A DNA stretch of 64,000 nt, taken from Desulfosoma sp. (GTDB taxonomy: Bacteria > Desulfobacterota > Syntrophobacteria > Syntrophobacterales > DSM-9756). Both the position numbers and the translations under genes were made by a program. Shown in pieces: positions 62,954 through 64,000 of the stretch; the stretch's first letter is position 1, and every line of letters starts with the position of its first letter. The stretch spans positions 78,695-142,694 of the forward strand of contig JBBFKW010000012.1 of the NCBI GenBank assembly GCA_037481835.1. Direction: 5' to 3'. Below the pieces are notes generated by a model. The model was not told where the DNA came from and ran no database searches. It worked only from the letters and a program-made list of their open reading frames with translations.

Positions 62954-63079
62954 CTAGGAGGCTGTCTGAGAACGAACCCGAAGGCCTCTTCTCCTGGGAG
63001 CGCGGGCCTCCGGCCCGCACGAGAAGCGGGCGAGACGCCCGCGCTCCCAGGACTATGCCATTCTCGGACAAGCTCCTAG
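62954..63079. mobile_element. MITE-like element with 19-bp imperfect terminal inverted repeats enclosing a second REP-type hairpin
   Basis: ctaggaggctgtctgagaa / ttctcggacaagctcctag; internal cctgggagcgcgggc...gcccgcgctcccagg. Confidence 0.65.
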
Positions 63080-63492
63080 GCCTCTGCGGCCTCCTTGTCC
63101 TGGGCGCGGGGTTTCTTTTTGGGCTTGGCCTTGATCTCCGAGCCCGTGAGCTCGATCAGGCACATGGGCGCCCCATCCCCTTTGCGATACCCCATCTTTA
63201 CGATTCGCGTGTAGCCCCCCTGGCGGGTCTGGTATCGCGGGCCCAGTTCCGTAAAGAGCTTCCGAACCACGTCTTTTCGGCGCACGACGGCCAAAGCCTG
63301 GCGCCGTGCATGGAGGTCTCCGCGTTTTCCCAGGGTGATCATGGAATCGGCCCATCGCCGGATTTCCTTGGCCTTGGGGACCGTGGTCACGATTCTTTCA
63401 TGCTCCAAAAGCGATGTCACCATATTGCGAAACATGCCCGACCGGTGGCTGGAAGTCCTGTTGAGCTTCCGACCCGATTTCCTGTGGCGCAT
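63076..63492 (-). CDS. rplQ: 50S ribosomal protein L17
   Basis: [31 protein letters not shown]. Confidence 0.98.
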   Translation of the reverse strand: MRHRKSGRKLNRTSSHRSGMFRNMVTSLLEHERIVTTVPKAKEIRRWADSMITLGKRGDLHARRQALAVVRRKDVVRKLFTELGPRYQTRQGGYTRIVKMGYRKGDGAPMCLIELTGSEIKAKPKKKPRAQDKEAAEA

Positions 63493-63494
63493 GG

Positions 63495-64000
63495 CTATTC
63501 CTCTTCCTTTCTCCGCTGTTCGATCTCTTCACGACTCGGAAAGTTGTCCAGCTTCATGCCCAGGGACAGGCCCATTTCGGCCAGGATTTCCTTGATTTCG
63601 TTCAGAGACTTGCGGCCGAAATTCTTCGTCCTGAGCATCTCCGATTCGGTCTTTTGCACGAGTTCGCCGATGTAGCGGATGTCCGCGTTTTTCAAGCAGT
63701 TGGCGCTGCGCACGGACAGCTCCAGCTCATCCACGCTGCGGAACAGGTTCTCGTTGAGCGGCGGCTCCTCAGCCGCCTCTTCCGTGAACGTCGGCGCCTC
63801 GTATTCTTCGAAGTTCACGAAGACGCTCAGCTGGTCCTTAAGGATTTTCGCCGCCATGGCCAGGGCGTCTTCCGGTGTGACGCTCCCGTCGGTCCAAATC
63901 TCCATGGTCAGCTTATCATAGTCCGTTCGCTGGCCCACGCGGGCCTGGCTCACGTTGTAGCTGACCTTGCGAACCGGCGTGAAGATGGCGTCGATGGGGA
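63495..64000 (-). CDS. rpoA: RNA polymerase alpha subunit (5' end outside the window)
   Basis: [40 protein letters not shown]. Confidence 0.97.
   Translation of the reverse strand, partial: PIDAIFTPVRKVSYNVSQARVGQRTDYDKLTMEIWTDGSVTPEDALAMAAKILKDQLSVFVNFEEYEAPTFTEEAAEEPPLNENLFRSVDELELSVRSANCLKNADIRYIGELVQKTESEMLRTKNFGRKSLNEIKEILAEMGLSLGMKLDNFPSREEIEQRRKEEE

Overview
A GC-rich bacterial chromosome segment. The gene content suggests an anaerobic, probably sulfate-reducing or syntrophic Desulfobacterota; this is inference. Core genes: nagZ-like, alaC-like, hom, apgM, hisA, yqeY-dnaG-rpoD, csp, tRNA(CAT), prs, fdhD, gdh, glutamate-synthase FMN domain, gspG, hsp20, a chemotaxis/two-component block, tRNA-His, thiolase-crotonase-acyl-CoA dehydrogenase, divergent S21, an EF-G paralog, rplQ and partial rpoA. 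The ORF track truncates three genes at in-frame stops. Two are selenoproteins, each with UGA at a conserved Cys position plus a SECIS-like hairpin: a CoA-disulfide-reductase/NADH-oxidase-type enzyme and HdrA. The third is a sensor kinase split by an in-frame TAG. Best novelty candidates: (1) an Hdr operon whose HdrD-like subunit carries an N-terminal excisionase-type DNA-binding domain, with a tandem direct repeat at its own promoter; (2) a glutamate locus combining gdh, a GltB-FMN protein, a PPDK-N-only ATP-grasp protein and a KaiC-like/XRE/cupin regulator, with a candidate operator; (3) a B12-riboswitch-controlled peptide/radical-SAM pair; (4) MITE-like shells enclosing REP hairpins; (5) an unassigned structured RNA near rplQ. 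No CRISPR array, rRNA, integrase or transposase gene was seen.
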